Virus record (IMG/VR): IMGVR_UViG_3300048998_000208
Coordinates: 1 to 27,127 of that record
Reading direction: 5' to 3' (one strand)
DNA: 27,127 nucleotides
Source: a virus
Taxonomy: Duplodnaviria; Caudoviricetes
This document shows, one piece after another, positions 7,875 through 17,183 of this stretch. A program made the translations under genes and the position numbers. The number at the start of each line of letters is the position of its first letter. The first letter of the stretch is position 1. The notes beneath the pieces were generated by a model, which did not search any database, was not told the DNA's origin, and saw only the letters and a program-made list of their open reading frames with translations.

Positions 7875-8432
7875 ATGGATACGTTCGATTTGCAAACGCT
7901 GGGCAAGCCGCGCGGCGACAATACGCCGGGCTTGCGCGGCTACGTGCTGCTGGCCGAGGAAGATGACTTTGACGTCATCGCCAGAGCCCCCAAAACCGGC
8001 ACCGTGCCGGGGCAGACGGCCATCATTGCCACGCCCCACACGTTCAAACCCGGCAAGGGCTTCGTGAAGGTGTACATCACCCTCGATTCCAACCAGCTCA
8101 AGGGCGATGTGGTGGGTGAGCGCGACGGCCGGGGCAATAAAATTACCTTCGAAGGCTTTCACCCCGGCAACGAGGCCGAGGTGCTGGAGTTTGGCAACAA
8201 GGTGAAGAATTTGGGCCTCATTATGTTGGTGCCCGACGCGGATGGTACCTTCCTGCAGGTGGGCAGCGAGGGTCTGCCGGTGGAGCTGGCCCCGGCCTAC
8301 GACTCGGCCAAGCTCTCCAGCGGCCGTCGCGGCTACACCATCAAGGGCGAAGCCTACGCCACCGGCATGTACATCTACAACGCCGCCATCACGCTGAAGC
8401 CGGCGCCCGAGCCGGTAGAGGAAGGAGGCTAG
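7875..8432 (+). CDS. Putative major tail (tube) protein
   Basis: 185 aa, beta-rich and Gly-rich, in the capsid operon; no better tube candidate in the window; function inferred. Confidence 0.6.
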   Translation: MDTFDLQTLGKPRGDNTPGLRGYVLLAEEDDFDVIARAPKTGTVPGQTAIIATPHTFKPGKGFVKVYITLDSNQLKGDVVGERDGRGNKITFEGFHPGNEAEVLEFGNKVKNLGLIMLVPDADGTFLQVGSEGLPVELAPAYDSAKLSSGRRGYTIKGEAYATGMYIYNAAITLKPAPEPVEEGG

Positions 8433-8436
8433 GACA

Positions 8437-8643
8437 ATGGCCAAGACTCGCTTTCCCCAACTCCCGGCCGACGTGGCGTTAAAATACAAGGCCACCATCG
8501 TGCCCACGGTCGTGATTCTCCCGACGCTCCAGCGCACCATTGACATGACGAAGCTGACCGTGGCCGAGGCCGACGAGCTGGTGAAGCTCCCCGCGTTTCC
8601 ATACCTCGTGCTCAAGCGCGTTCGCCCCAAAAAGGCTTCGTAA
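8437..8643 (+). CDS. Small hypothetical protein (68 aa)
   Basis: Fills the gap between the tube gene and the terminator; GC3 bias. Confidence 0.75.
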   Translation: MAKTRFPQLPADVALKYKATIVPTVVILPTLQRTIDMTKLTVAEADELVKLPAFPYLVLKRVRPKKAS

Positions 8644-8666
8644 GCAGGCGGTAAGTAAACAAAGGG

Positions 8667-8699
8667 AAAAGGCCCCGGCTCTACAGCCGGGGCCTTTTT
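8667..8699 (+). terminator. Intrinsic terminator, potentially bidirectional
   Basis: AAAAGGCCCCGGCT-ctac-AGCCGGGGCCTTTTT. Confidence 0.9.
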
Positions 8700-8701
8700 G
8701 C

Positions 8702-8736
8702 GTCCTTTTTTGCCGTGACCGGCCGCAGCAACTTCG
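8702..8736 (+). promoter_or_regulatory. Putative late promoter copy 3 (GTCCTTT-N24-TTCG)
   Basis: GTCCTTT at 8702, TTCG at 8733, ATG at 8741. Confidence 0.75.
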
Positions 8737-8740
8737 GGGC

Positions 8741-9394
8741 ATGGAATCGTTGCCCCTCTCCGCCATCAGCGCCTGGCTGGCCTCCGACCGCCCCTTCGCC
8801 CAGGGTGCCGCGCTCTACGCCGCCGCCGGCCCCAGTGCCACTTACCAGCGTCTCTTTGCCCTGGGCGCGACGGACTACAGCCGCCAGGTGCTGGAGCGCG
8901 AACTAAGCGCCTTGGTGCAGGACGTGCGCGCCGAAGTCGCGGCCGTGCAATCGACGCCACCGGCGGCACCGGCGCTCATAATGCCGGCACCAGTACCTAC
9001 CCCGCCGCCAGCTGGAGCGAACTCGCCCCTGCTGGCCGACGTGCGCCGACAACTGAAGGCCGCGCGCGACGAGCGCAGCACCAGCCATGCCCAGCTCACG
9101 GCGCCCAACCTGGGCCGAAAGGCCCGCTACGGCCTGGCCAACCGCATCGCGGACCTGACCGACCAGGAAGTGCAGCTCCTCGATACGGAAAAGCACGTGC
9201 TGGCCCACGGCCGGCTACCCGGCCCGGTGGCGACGGCCGAGGTCGTGGACGAAGTCGAACTGCGCCGCCGCTTGGGCAACCTGCGCTGCCGGCGCTCCAA
9301 GCTCCGCCAGTGCCCGGAGCGGGCCGACGACTTGGCCACGGTCGAGGCCGAAATCAACTTAATTGAATCCAAACTTAATCCCCTGAAATCGTGA
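8741..9394 (+). CDS. Hypothetical helical protein (217 aa)
   Basis: ORF between the promoter motif and the methyltransferase, with a GTGA overlap. Confidence 0.8.
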   Translation: MESLPLSAISAWLASDRPFAQGAALYAAAGPSATYQRLFALGATDYSRQVLERELSALVQDVRAEVAAVQSTPPAAPALIMPAPVPTPPPAGANSPLLADVRRQLKAARDERSTSHAQLTAPNLGRKARYGLANRIADLTDQEVQLLDTEKHVLAHGRLPGPVATAEVVDEVELRRRLGNLRCRRSKLRQCPERADDLATVEAEINLIESKLNPLKS

Positions 9395-10674
9395 GCGAAG
9401 AACTCATTCCCTTAACGTGGCACAACGCCCGGCGCCGGGTGCGCGACCTCATTCCCCTGAGCTATAACCCGCGCACCCTGACTGACGAGGGCCGCGCGCG
9501 GCTGAGGCGCAGCATCGAGAAGTTCAACCTGGCCGAAGTGCCGGCCGTGAACCTCGACAACGTCGTGCTGGCCGGCCACCAACGCCTGGCCGTGCTGCTC
9601 GACCTGGGCCGGGGCGACGAGCTGGTGGACGTGCGCCTGCCCAATCGTCAGCTGACGAAAGACGAGCTGGACGAATACAATATCACGAGCAACGTCGGGG
9701 CCGGCATGTGGGACTACCAAAGCCTGCTCGACAACTTCAGCCACCTGCAGCTCGACACCATCCTGGACACGCCCACGCTGGAGCACCTGGCGGCCTTCAA
9801 TGCCCTCACCCTCCCGCCGGCCGAGGAGCAGGCGTTTGATCCCACGCCGCCGGCGACCCCGGTGTCAGTCCTGGGCGACGTGTACGAGTTTCACAGCGAT
9901 GGCCAGGCGCTGCTGCACCGCCTGGTGTGCGGCTCCTCGACCGACTCAGACGTCGTCGAGCGTGCCCTGGGCGAAGGCGTGCTCGCGGACCTGGTCAATA
10001 CCGACCCACCTTACAACGTCGACTACCAGGGCAAGACCAAGGACGCCCTGACCATCGAAAATGACCGCATGGGCGACGGCGACTTCCGGCAGTTCCTGCT
10101 CGACTACTTCACCAACTGCTACGCACTCATGCGGCTAGGGGCACCGATTTACGTGTTCTACGCCGATAATGAAACCCGTAATTTCAGTTCAGCCTTCCAA
10201 GATGCGGGCTTAAAGCTCTCGCAGTGCCTGATATGGGTTAAGCAGCAATTCGTGCTGAGTCGGAAAGATTTTCACCATCAGCACGAGCCGATTCTCTACG
10301 GCTGGAAGGAGGGCGCCGCCCACACCTGGTGCTCCGACCGCAAGCAGACGACAGTGCTCCACTTCGACCGCCCGCAACGCAATGCGGACCATCCGACGAT
10401 GAAACCACTCGACATCCTGGCCTACCTGGTCGAGTGCTCCAGTAAGCCGGGCGCCATCTGCTTCGATGGCTTCGGAGGCTCGGGCTCGCTGCTCATCACC
10501 TGCGAAATGACCGGGCGCCAGGCCCGCGTGGTCGAACTCGACCCGCGCTACATCGATGTGCACGTGCGCCGCTACGCCCAATTCATGCGCGACAACCACC
10601 GCCGCTTCACCATTACCCGCAACGGGGAGGAACTGACTCATGAGCAACTCACTGCCTTCGCCCCCGCCGCTTAG
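9391..10674 (+). CDS. ParB-like N-terminal domain fused to an N6-adenine/N4-cytosine DNA methyltransferase (beta class)
   Basis: YNPR...LAGHQR (ParB/Srx-like); DPPY motif IV precedes HPTMKP and DGFGGSGS motif I. Confidence 0.93.
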   Translation: MSEELIPLTWHNARRRVRDLIPLSYNPRTLTDEGRARLRRSIEKFNLAEVPAVNLDNVVLAGHQRLAVLLDLGRGDELVDVRLPNRQLTKDELDEYNITSNVGAGMWDYQSLLDNFSHLQLDTILDTPTLEHLAAFNALTLPPAEEQAFDPTPPATPVSVLGDVYEFHSDGQALLHRLVCGSSTDSDVVERALGEGVLADLVNTDPPYNVDYQGKTKDALTIENDRMGDGDFRQFLLDYFTNCYALMRLGAPIYVFYADNETRNFSSAFQDAGLKLSQCLIWVKQQFVLSRKDFHHQHEPILYGWKEGAAHTWCSDRKQTTVLHFDRPQRNADHPTMKPLDILAYLVECSSKPGAICFDGFGGSGSLLITCEMTGRQARVVELDPRYIDVHVRRYAQFMRDNHRRFTITRNGEELTHEQLTAFAPAA

Positions 10675-11314
10675 TGAGGTGCCCGGTGCCGAACTGGTGC
10701 CGCTGCCCAAATCGACGGCGATTGAGCGTATTTATGCGGCCTACCTGGAGGATACGCTCCCCGCGCTCAGCCGGGCCGACCGGGAAGTGCATTCGGAACT
10801 GGAGGCTGCCTATGGGTTGATTCTCAACTACCATACGTTTGAGCATGCCTGGCCGCTGCTGGCTAAGCAGTTCAGCATGAGCCGCGCGACCTGCTACCGG
10901 CGCCTGCGCGACTCCCAGAACCTCTTCGGCGACCTCAAAAAGGTCAAAAAGGAGGGCCGGCGGGCCGTGCTGATAGAGTTTGCGCGCAAAATCCTGCAAC
11001 TGAGCCTTTCCATGCGCCCACCGGACACGAAAAACGCCCTGGCGGCGATGAAGTTCGAGGCCAACCTCACCGGGCTGCTCCGGGCCGACTCGCACGGCGA
11101 GGATGGCATGGGCGCCGTGGGCTCGACCTCCTACGTCATCAATTTGCACGTGCAGGGCCGCAAACCGCGCGCCCTGGACATCAGCAAGCTCGGCGACGTG
11201 TCGGATGCCGATTATGAGCTGATTCAGGAGGCCGTCACGGGCCAGGTGATTGGCGTGGACACGATGGAGGTGCTGCTGGCTGACCGGCGCGCCCTGGAAG
11301 GAGGTGCGAAATGA
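10640..11314 (+). CDS. Putative terminase small subunit
   Basis: HTH-like LAKQFSMSRATCYRRL; ATGA overlap with terL. Confidence 0.65.
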   Translation: MSNSLPSPPPLSEVPGAELVPLPKSTAIERIYAAYLEDTLPALSRADREVHSELEAAYGLILNYHTFEHAWPLLAKQFSMSRATCYRRLRDSQNLFGDLKKVKKEGRRAVLIEFARKILQLSLSMRPPDTKNALAAMKFEANLTGLLRADSHGEDGMGAVGSTSYVINLHVQGRKPRALDISKLGDVSDADYELIQEAVTGQVIGVDTMEVLLADRRALEGGAK

Positions 11315-13026
11315 TAGACCAGGTCAAACTCGATTTCAACCAGCCGCAGCTGCGCTACGTGACCGCGCGGGGCACCAAGGAGGGCATTAGCATCTGGGGC
11401 CGGGGCACCGGCAAGTCCAGTATCATTGCCTGGGACATGCACAAGATTGTGAAGACGATGCCCCGCTCGTGCTGGGTCATTGTCGGCTCGACCTACAAGC
11501 AGGTGCTCACCCGGACGCTGCCCAGCACCGTGGCCAGCCTGGAGCGATTGGGCTACAAGCTCAACCGCGACTTTTACATCGGCCGCAAGCCCCCGCCCTC
11601 CCTGAACTGGGAACACCCTTACCAGGGGCCGCTGAGCTACGACCACTTCATCATTTTCAGCAACGGCACCGGGTTTCACCTGGTGTCGCTCGATGCCGGT
11701 GGCTCGGCCAGCCGCGGCCTCAACGTGGACGGCTTTATCGGCGACGAGGCCCTGCTCTTCGATAAGCAGAAGCTCGATGCCGACCTCAGTGCCACTAATC
11801 GGGGCAATGGGCAGTATTTCGCCCAGAATCCGATGCATCACGGCGTGTTCCTCTTCAGCTCGATGCCGTGGGGCGACCAGGGCCGCTGGCTACTGGAAAA
11901 GTCGACTTACTACCAAGACCAAGGCGTTGACCTTATCGAGCGCCAGAATACCCTGATTGATGCCCAGGTACGCTTCCTGGATGCGACCAGCGACGAGGAG
12001 ATGCTGCACTTGTGGAAGGCAGAAGTGCTCCCCCTGATGCAGGAAGTGCGCTATTTCCCCTCGCAGCGCGCGCGGGGCACGTTCTATTCCGAGGCCAATG
12101 CCTTCGATAATATCCAGCACCTGGGCCTGCAGTATCTGCTCGACCAGCGCCGCTTCATGACGGACTTCACGTTCCAGATTGAGATGATGAACCGCCGCCC
12201 CACGACCGTGGAGGGCGGCTTCTATCCGCTGCTCAACCAGGCCGTGCACGTGCAGGAGTGCGACGATGATGACTTCGTACTGGGCCTGGCCTTGGGCGAT
12301 AAGGATATGGGCCGCAACCTGAAGCAGTTGGCGGCGGCGGGTGGTCCCCTGCGCCCTGGGGACGAGGATATGCGCGACAGCCGGGCCGATAGTGACTGCC
12401 GCTCCCACCAGCCTTTACGGGTGTCGGTCGACTGGGGCGCCCGCATTACCACCCTACTGGTCGGGCAATTGCACCTGGATGCGGGGGAATACCGCTTGCT
12501 GAAGGGTCTATACGTGAAGCACCCCGCCTTTATCGACGACCTGGTCCAGGCCTTCTGCCACTACTACCGCTACCACCGCCGTAAGGAGATTCAGTTCCTC
12601 CCCGATGAGGAGTATGGGGAGGCCCGGCGCCCGGACTCTGAGTTCACCCTCAACGAGGCCCTGATGCGGGCCTTTCAGAAGCAGGGCTGGCGCATCCAGC
12701 GCTTCCACCTGGGGCGCATTCCGGGCCACCCCACCCGCTACCTGTTGGCCCAGCAACTGCTCGGGGAGCAGAACCCGAACCTGCTGCGCATCCGCTTCAA
12801 CAAGGTCAACTGCCGTGATGTCGTGACGGCGATGCTCCTGACTCCTGTTAGCCAGGACAGCAAGGGCCGCATCATGAAGGTGAAGAAGAGTGAGAGCAAA
12901 CTGAGCTTCCCGGCCGAGCACGCCACGCACTACACCGACAACGTGGACCTCCACCTGCTGAGCGTGGGCACCGACGTGGTCAATGCCGCCCCGGACTTCA
13001 GCCAACTCCTTGTTGTGAGCAGCTAA
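11311..13026 (+). CDS. terL: Terminase large subunit
   Basis: Walker A GRGTGKS, Walker B FIGDEA, coupling motif FSS, nuclease acidic residues VSVDWG and THYTDNVD. Confidence 0.93.
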   Translation: MIDQVKLDFNQPQLRYVTARGTKEGISIWGRGTGKSSIIAWDMHKIVKTMPRSCWVIVGSTYKQVLTRTLPSTVASLERLGYKLNRDFYIGRKPPPSLNWEHPYQGPLSYDHFIIFSNGTGFHLVSLDAGGSASRGLNVDGFIGDEALLFDKQKLDADLSATNRGNGQYFAQNPMHHGVFLFSSMPWGDQGRWLLEKSTYYQDQGVDLIERQNTLIDAQVRFLDATSDEEMLHLWKAEVLPLMQEVRYFPSQRARGTFYSEANAFDNIQHLGLQYLLDQRRFMTDFTFQIEMMNRRPTTVEGGFYPLLNQAVHVQECDDDDFVLGLALGDKDMGRNLKQLAAAGGPLRPGDEDMRDSRADSDCRSHQPLRVSVDWGARITTLLVGQLHLDAGEYRLLKGLYVKHPAFIDDLVQAFCHYYRYHRRKEIQFLPDEEYGEARRPDSEFTLNEALMRAFQKQGWRIQRFHLGRIPGHPTRYLLAQQLLGEQNPNLLRIRFNKVNCRDVVTAMLLTPVSQDSKGRIMKVKKSESKLSFPAEHATHYTDNVDLHLLSVGTDVVNAAPDFSQLLVVSS

Positions 13027-13052
13027 ACCGCCCCCTGCTCGGCTTCTACCAC

Positions 13053-13081
13053 GCCCCGGCCGCTTGCGGTCGGGGCTTTTT
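13053..13081 (+). terminator. Intrinsic terminator after terL
   Basis: GCCCCGGCCG-cttg-CGGTCGGGGC-TTTTT. Confidence 0.85.
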
Positions 13082-13129
13082 GTTGCTACGTGCCGAGGCA
13101 CGGCCCGGCAACCGGGAACCCCACAGATA

Positions 13130-13151
13130 TCCCCGAGGCAGCCCCCGGCAA
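13130..13151 (+). repeat. 22-bp direct repeat, identical to 18512-18533; degenerate copy at 13093-13111
   Basis: TCCCCGAGGCAGCCCCCGGCAA at both loci. Confidence 0.9.
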
Positions 13152-13307
13152 TTGCCAAACCCCGACAGAGCAAGCTGGGGTCTTTCGCTCGACTTCTGAG
13201 ACTGCAAAACGCCAAACCGGCCCAAAAACGGCCCACACGCGCTGGAAACGCAATAGGGAGTGAGATTGGACTTTTGGCCCTTTTCCGGGCCGGAACGGCG
13301 GTTTCCT

Positions 13308-13342
13308 GTCCTTTTTCTGGCTGTTTGGCGGCCGGTACTTCG
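13308..13342 (+). promoter_or_regulatory. Putative late promoter copy 4 (GTCCTTT-N24-TTCG)
   Basis: GTCCTTT at 13308, TTCG at 13339; the 16-mer GTTTCCTGTCCTTTTT is shared with copy 2. Confidence 0.75.
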
Positions 13343-13350
13343 GGGTACCA

Positions 13351-13749
13351 ATGGCAACGCTTCCCCTTATCCGCTTAAAAGACGCCCTCGCCCTGCTCGA
13401 TGGCCCCGCGCCGGTGGCCGTGCAGTGGGTCAAACTTGACCGCCGCCGCAAAAAGGGCGGCGACTTCGGCCGGCTGAAGGCCGCGCGCATCGGCTCGGGC
13501 CAGCGCCAGGCCGCCGGCGTGCTGCGTGCCCCCCGCGCGGAGGAGGAAACCGACGCCGACCGCGCGGCCGTGGCCGCTGATGGCTTCGTGCCGGTGCCCA
13601 CCGGCGAGAAGGCCGACGCGCCGACGCCCAAAAACCCGGCCCACTGGGTCCATGCCACCCGCAACCTGGTCGATACGCAGACCGGTGCCCTGGTCAAAAT
13701 CCACATCTACCTGCTCACCCACGTGGCAGGCCGCAAAGTCCTCGTGTAA
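13351..13749 (+). CDS. Hypothetical phage protein upstream of the portal (132 aa)
   Basis: ORF after the promoter motif, abutting the portal ATG. Confidence 0.85.
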   Translation: MATLPLIRLKDALALLDGPAPVAVQWVKLDRRRKKGGDFGRLKAARIGSGQRQAAGVLRAPRAEEETDADRAAVAADGFVPVPTGEKADAPTPKNPAHWVHATRNLVDTQTGALVKIHIYLLTHVAGRKVLV

Positions 13750-15138
13750 ATGGAACAGCTCGTTTTTAGCAGCAACAATTCGCTGGCCTTCAGCAACCGG
13801 CGCAACAGCGTGTACCGGCTGGGCGGGGCCGTGGGCGCTGCGGCCGGCAAGGGCGGCGCCGCCGGCACCGGCAAGGTGGACGGGGCCGCCCCCACCTCGC
13901 CCGTCGAAAAGGGCCAGAGCGGGGAGGTGGCGCCCTGGGGACCGGGCAACGACTTCCCGCAACTGGTGAAGGCGGCCATCGCCAAGAGCACCGTCATCTG
14001 GCCGGTGCTGGACTGGAAAAACCGCGCCGTGTACGGCAAGGGCCTCATTTACGGCAAGGTGACGGGGTACCAGCCGGACGGCTCGGAGATATTTCAGCGG
14101 GTCAAAGACCCCGTGGTGCAGGCGTTTTTCCGCAAATCCAACCTCCACCGCTTCGGCTTCGAGGGCATTCAGGGGCTAATATTCTACGCCAATGCCTTCC
14201 CCGAGCTGGTGCTCAGCAACGACCGCAGCGAAATCACCAGCGTCTGCATCCAGGACACCAGCTACTGCCGCTTTGCCACCCAGCTGCCGGGCCAGGCCCT
14301 GCCGAGCGCCGTGTTCATCTCGGCCAACTGGCCCGACGCCAAGCCCGGCGACGGCTACACGACCCAGGTGCCGGTGCTCGACCCCTACTACAGCGACGTG
14401 GCGGCCCTGCGCGCCGACGCGCGGGGCTTCAAGTACATCTGGCCCCTGGGCATTCCCAGCCCCGGCAACGCCATCTACCAGCTGGCGGCCTGGAACGTCA
14501 TCATCAAGTCCGGCTGGCTCGACGTGGCCCAGGCCATCCCCGAGTTCAAGAAGCAGCTCTTCAAAAACCAGCTCTCCATCAAGTACCTCATCGAGGCCGA
14601 CATCCGCTACTGGCAGTGGAAGTACCCCGACTGGAGCGAAAAGAAGGAGGGCGAGCGCAAGCAAATCATCCAGGCCGAGCTGGAGGCCTTCGAGGCCACG
14701 ATGACCGGCACCGATGGCGCCGGCAAGTCCATCCTGACGGTGACCATGCCCGACCCGCAGAATCCGGGCGCCACCATCAAGGTGTTCACGGTGACGGCCA
14801 TCGACGACAAAATCAAGTCGGGCCTCTACGTGGAGGACTCACAGGAGGCCAGCAGCCACATCTACACCGCCCTGCAGGTCGACCCCACGCTCTCGGGCAT
14901 TTCGCCCGGCAAGGGCATCGGCTCGGGCTCGGGCTCCGACAAGCGCGTGGCCTTTAACACATTCGTGGCCACCCACAGCTTCTACCAGGACCTGCTGCTG
15001 GAGGTGCTGCACTTCATCCGCGACTACAATGGCTGGGACCCCGACCTGGAGTTCCGCTTCCTGGTGCCGCAGGTCAACACGGCCGACAAGTCCAGCGAGA
15101 CGTCCAACACTTCCGCCACTCCTTCCCCTACTGAATAA
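13750..15138 (+). CDS. Portal protein
   Basis: 462 aa, near terL; PWGPGNDFP, GAGK and GSGSDKR patterns resemble Bacteroidota phage portals. Confidence 0.75.
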   Translation: MEQLVFSSNNSLAFSNRRNSVYRLGGAVGAAAGKGGAAGTGKVDGAAPTSPVEKGQSGEVAPWGPGNDFPQLVKAAIAKSTVIWPVLDWKNRAVYGKGLIYGKVTGYQPDGSEIFQRVKDPVVQAFFRKSNLHRFGFEGIQGLIFYANAFPELVLSNDRSEITSVCIQDTSYCRFATQLPGQALPSAVFISANWPDAKPGDGYTTQVPVLDPYYSDVAALRADARGFKYIWPLGIPSPGNAIYQLAAWNVIIKSGWLDVAQAIPEFKKQLFKNQLSIKYLIEADIRYWQWKYPDWSEKKEGERKQIIQAELEAFEATMTGTDGAGKSILTVTMPDPQNPGATIKVFTVTAIDDKIKSGLYVEDSQEASSHIYTALQVDPTLSGISPGKGIGSGSGSDKRVAFNTFVATHSFYQDLLLEVLHFIRDYNGWDPDLEFRFLVPQVNTADKSSETSNTSATPSPTE

Positions 15139-16157
15139 TGCTGCTCAAGACCTTAGACGAGTTAAAGACCTTCGTCGCCATCGATGCCACGGTGGGCATT
15201 CCGCCGGCCATTGCCCTGGCCCTGGGCACGGTCGAAACCAGCGACGTCGTGCCCCTGCTCGGCTCGCCGCTGCACACCTGGCTGCAGGGACAGTACGACG
15301 GTCCGGGCTTCGATGCCGCCGGCGCGTCGCCGGCGGCCCAGCTGTTGCGCGCGGTGCAGGCGCCGCTCAGTCGCCTGGCCACGGCCGTCGGCCTGGCCGG
15401 CCACCAGGCCACCATCGACAACACCGGCGTCAAAATCATGAGCACGGACACCAGCAAAACGGCGTTTCCGTGGCAGGTGAACCAGTTGCGCGACTCCCTG
15501 GAGGGCCAGGGGTACCGCGACCTCGACAACCTGGTGCAGTGGCTGGAGGAGCACAGCGATGCCTCCGTCGAGCTGCAGGCCTGGGCCAGCTCGCCGGCCG
15601 GCCAGCGCCACCGCCGGGAGTTGTTCACCGGCACGGCCGACTTCCAGGAGTACGAGAACATCAGCACCAGCCGGCGGGTGTTCCTGGCCCTGGGGCCGGT
15701 GCGCCGCCGCCTCGAGCGCTTCGAGCTGGGCCGGGTGCTGGGCCCGGACTTGCTGCAGGAGCTGCGCGACCAGGTGCGCACCCGCGCCCTGACGGCCGAC
15801 AACGAGAACCTGCTGCGCACCTACATCTACCCCGCCCTGGCCAGCCTGACCATCGGCCACGGCATTCCCGAGCTGGGCCTGCGCCTGGCCGACGACGGCA
15901 TCGAACTCACGATTGCCCGCGTTGACGACAGCAACGCCAAGGAAGCCGACGCCGGCCTCGACCAGCTGCTCCAGCAGAAAGCCGGCAAGGCCCTGCTCAG
16001 TGCCGAGCGCTACCTGCGCCACCTCACCGACTACCTCGACCGCACGGCCTCCGCGACCCGCTTCGCCACCTACTTCGCCTCGGCTGCTTATATCGCGCCC
16101 AATCAGCCCGTCGTGCCCACCAACACCGCCGAGTCGCGGATTTATAAGTTCTGCTAA
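15138..16157 (+). CDS. Putative head-tail adaptor (DUF6712-like), internally duplicated
   Basis: TAATG-coupled to the portal; two similar helical halves. Confidence 0.6.
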   Translation: MLLKTLDELKTFVAIDATVGIPPAIALALGTVETSDVVPLLGSPLHTWLQGQYDGPGFDAAGASPAAQLLRAVQAPLSRLATAVGLAGHQATIDNTGVKIMSTDTSKTAFPWQVNQLRDSLEGQGYRDLDNLVQWLEEHSDASVELQAWASSPAGQRHRRELFTGTADFQEYENISTSRRVFLALGPVRRRLERFELGRVLGPDLLQELRDQVRTRALTADNENLLRTYIYPALASLTIGHGIPELGLRLADDGIELTIARVDDSNAKEADAGLDQLLQQKAGKALLSAERYLRHLTDYLDRTASATRFATYFASAAYIAPNQPVVPTNTAESRIYKFC

Positions 16158-16735
16158 TGCGTCTGTTCATCTATTTTCTGGCCACCTCCAAGTGGCTCCA
16201 GTCGCTGGCTTTGGGCGTGGTGCTCCTGCCCCTGCTGGCCATCGTGCAGAAGTACATCTTCGCCGACTGGGAGTTCCTGCGCTTCCTGGGCGTGCTCATC
16301 GTCGTCGACACCGGGCTGGGCGTGCAGCGCCGCTGGGTGGCCCACGCCATCAGCAGCCGGGGCTTCAGCCGGCTCTTCAAAAAGGCGGGCATCTACCTGG
16401 CCCTGCTCGTGCTCACCCACGTGCTGAGCTCCTTCACCGTGCACGGGGAGGTGAACCTGTTTTTCAAGTGGTTCGACACCTTCATGTACTCCTGCATGAT
16501 GGCCCGCGAGGCCCTGAGCATCCTCGAGCACGCCGCCCTGCTCGAGCCGCGCCTGGTGCCCCGGGCCCTGCTCAAGCGCCTGGCCTTGGTGTCGGAGGAG
16601 GGTATCGAGGCCGCGCTGGTGGCCCTGCCGGCCTCCCAGCTCAGCACCGCGCCCCTGAGCACTGCGCCGCCGGCGCCCTCCATCCCGTCACCCTTGGACG
16701 AAAGTCCCCTAACTGATAGTCGCTATGACGCCTGA
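16157..16735 (+). CDS. Holin (phage holin family 4-like)
   Basis: Several transmembrane segments, VDTGLGV...ISSRGF...EALSILEH pattern; precedes the endolysin. Confidence 0.88.
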   Translation: MRLFIYFLATSKWLQSLALGVVLLPLLAIVQKYIFADWEFLRFLGVLIVVDTGLGVQRRWVAHAISSRGFSRLFKKAGIYLALLVLTHVLSSFTVHGEVNLFFKWFDTFMYSCMMAREALSILEHAALLEPRLVPRALLKRLALVSEEGIEAALVALPASQLSTAPLSTAPPAPSIPSPLDESPLTDSRYDA

Positions 16736-17183
16736 CCAATTCATTGCCACCTACGCGCCGGCCGCCCAGCGGGCCTGCGCCGGCACCGGCCTGCTGGCCT
16801 CCATCAACCTGGCCCAGGCCATCCTCGAAAGCGGCTGGGGCGCCTCCGGCCTTACCCGCCTGGCCAACAACTTCTTCGGCATCAAGGCCGGTAAGGCCTG
16901 GCGGGGAGCCACCATCACGTTGCCCACCAAAGAGCAGCGTCCCGATGGCACTATCTATACCGTGCAGGCGGCCTTCCGCAAGTACCCCACGCCGGAGGCC
17001 GCTTTCCAGGACCGCGTGGCCCTGTTCCGCCTGCTGCCCCGCTACCACCGCCTCTTCCGCGTCGACAGCGCCGCGGCGGAGGCCCAACTGCTCAAAGACT
17101 GTGGTTACGCCACCGACCGGCAGTACCCGGCCAAGCTCGTGGCCATCGTCAATAAGTACAACCTCACCCGCTTCGATTCGTGA
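16725..17183 (+). CDS. Endolysin, GH73 glucosaminidase/muramidase (FlgJ-like)
   Basis: AQAILESGWG, NNFFGIKA, FRKY and GYATD motifs. Confidence 0.95.
   Translation: MTPDQFIATYAPAAQRACAGTGLLASINLAQAILESGWGASGLTRLANNFFGIKAGKAWRGATITLPTKEQRPDGTIYTVQAAFRKYPTPEAAFQDRVALFRLLPRYHRLFRVDSAAAEAQLLKDCGYATDRQYPAKLVAIVNKYNLTRFDS

Noticed and set aside
8620-8643. Tail chaperone G/GT-type frameshift at CCC AAA AAG
   Set aside because: Not a canonical X XXY YYZ site in frame, and a strong terminator follows directly
9391-10674. Restriction-modification system
   Set aside because: No nuclease motif recognised in neighbouring genes; context is that of an orphan phage methyltransferase
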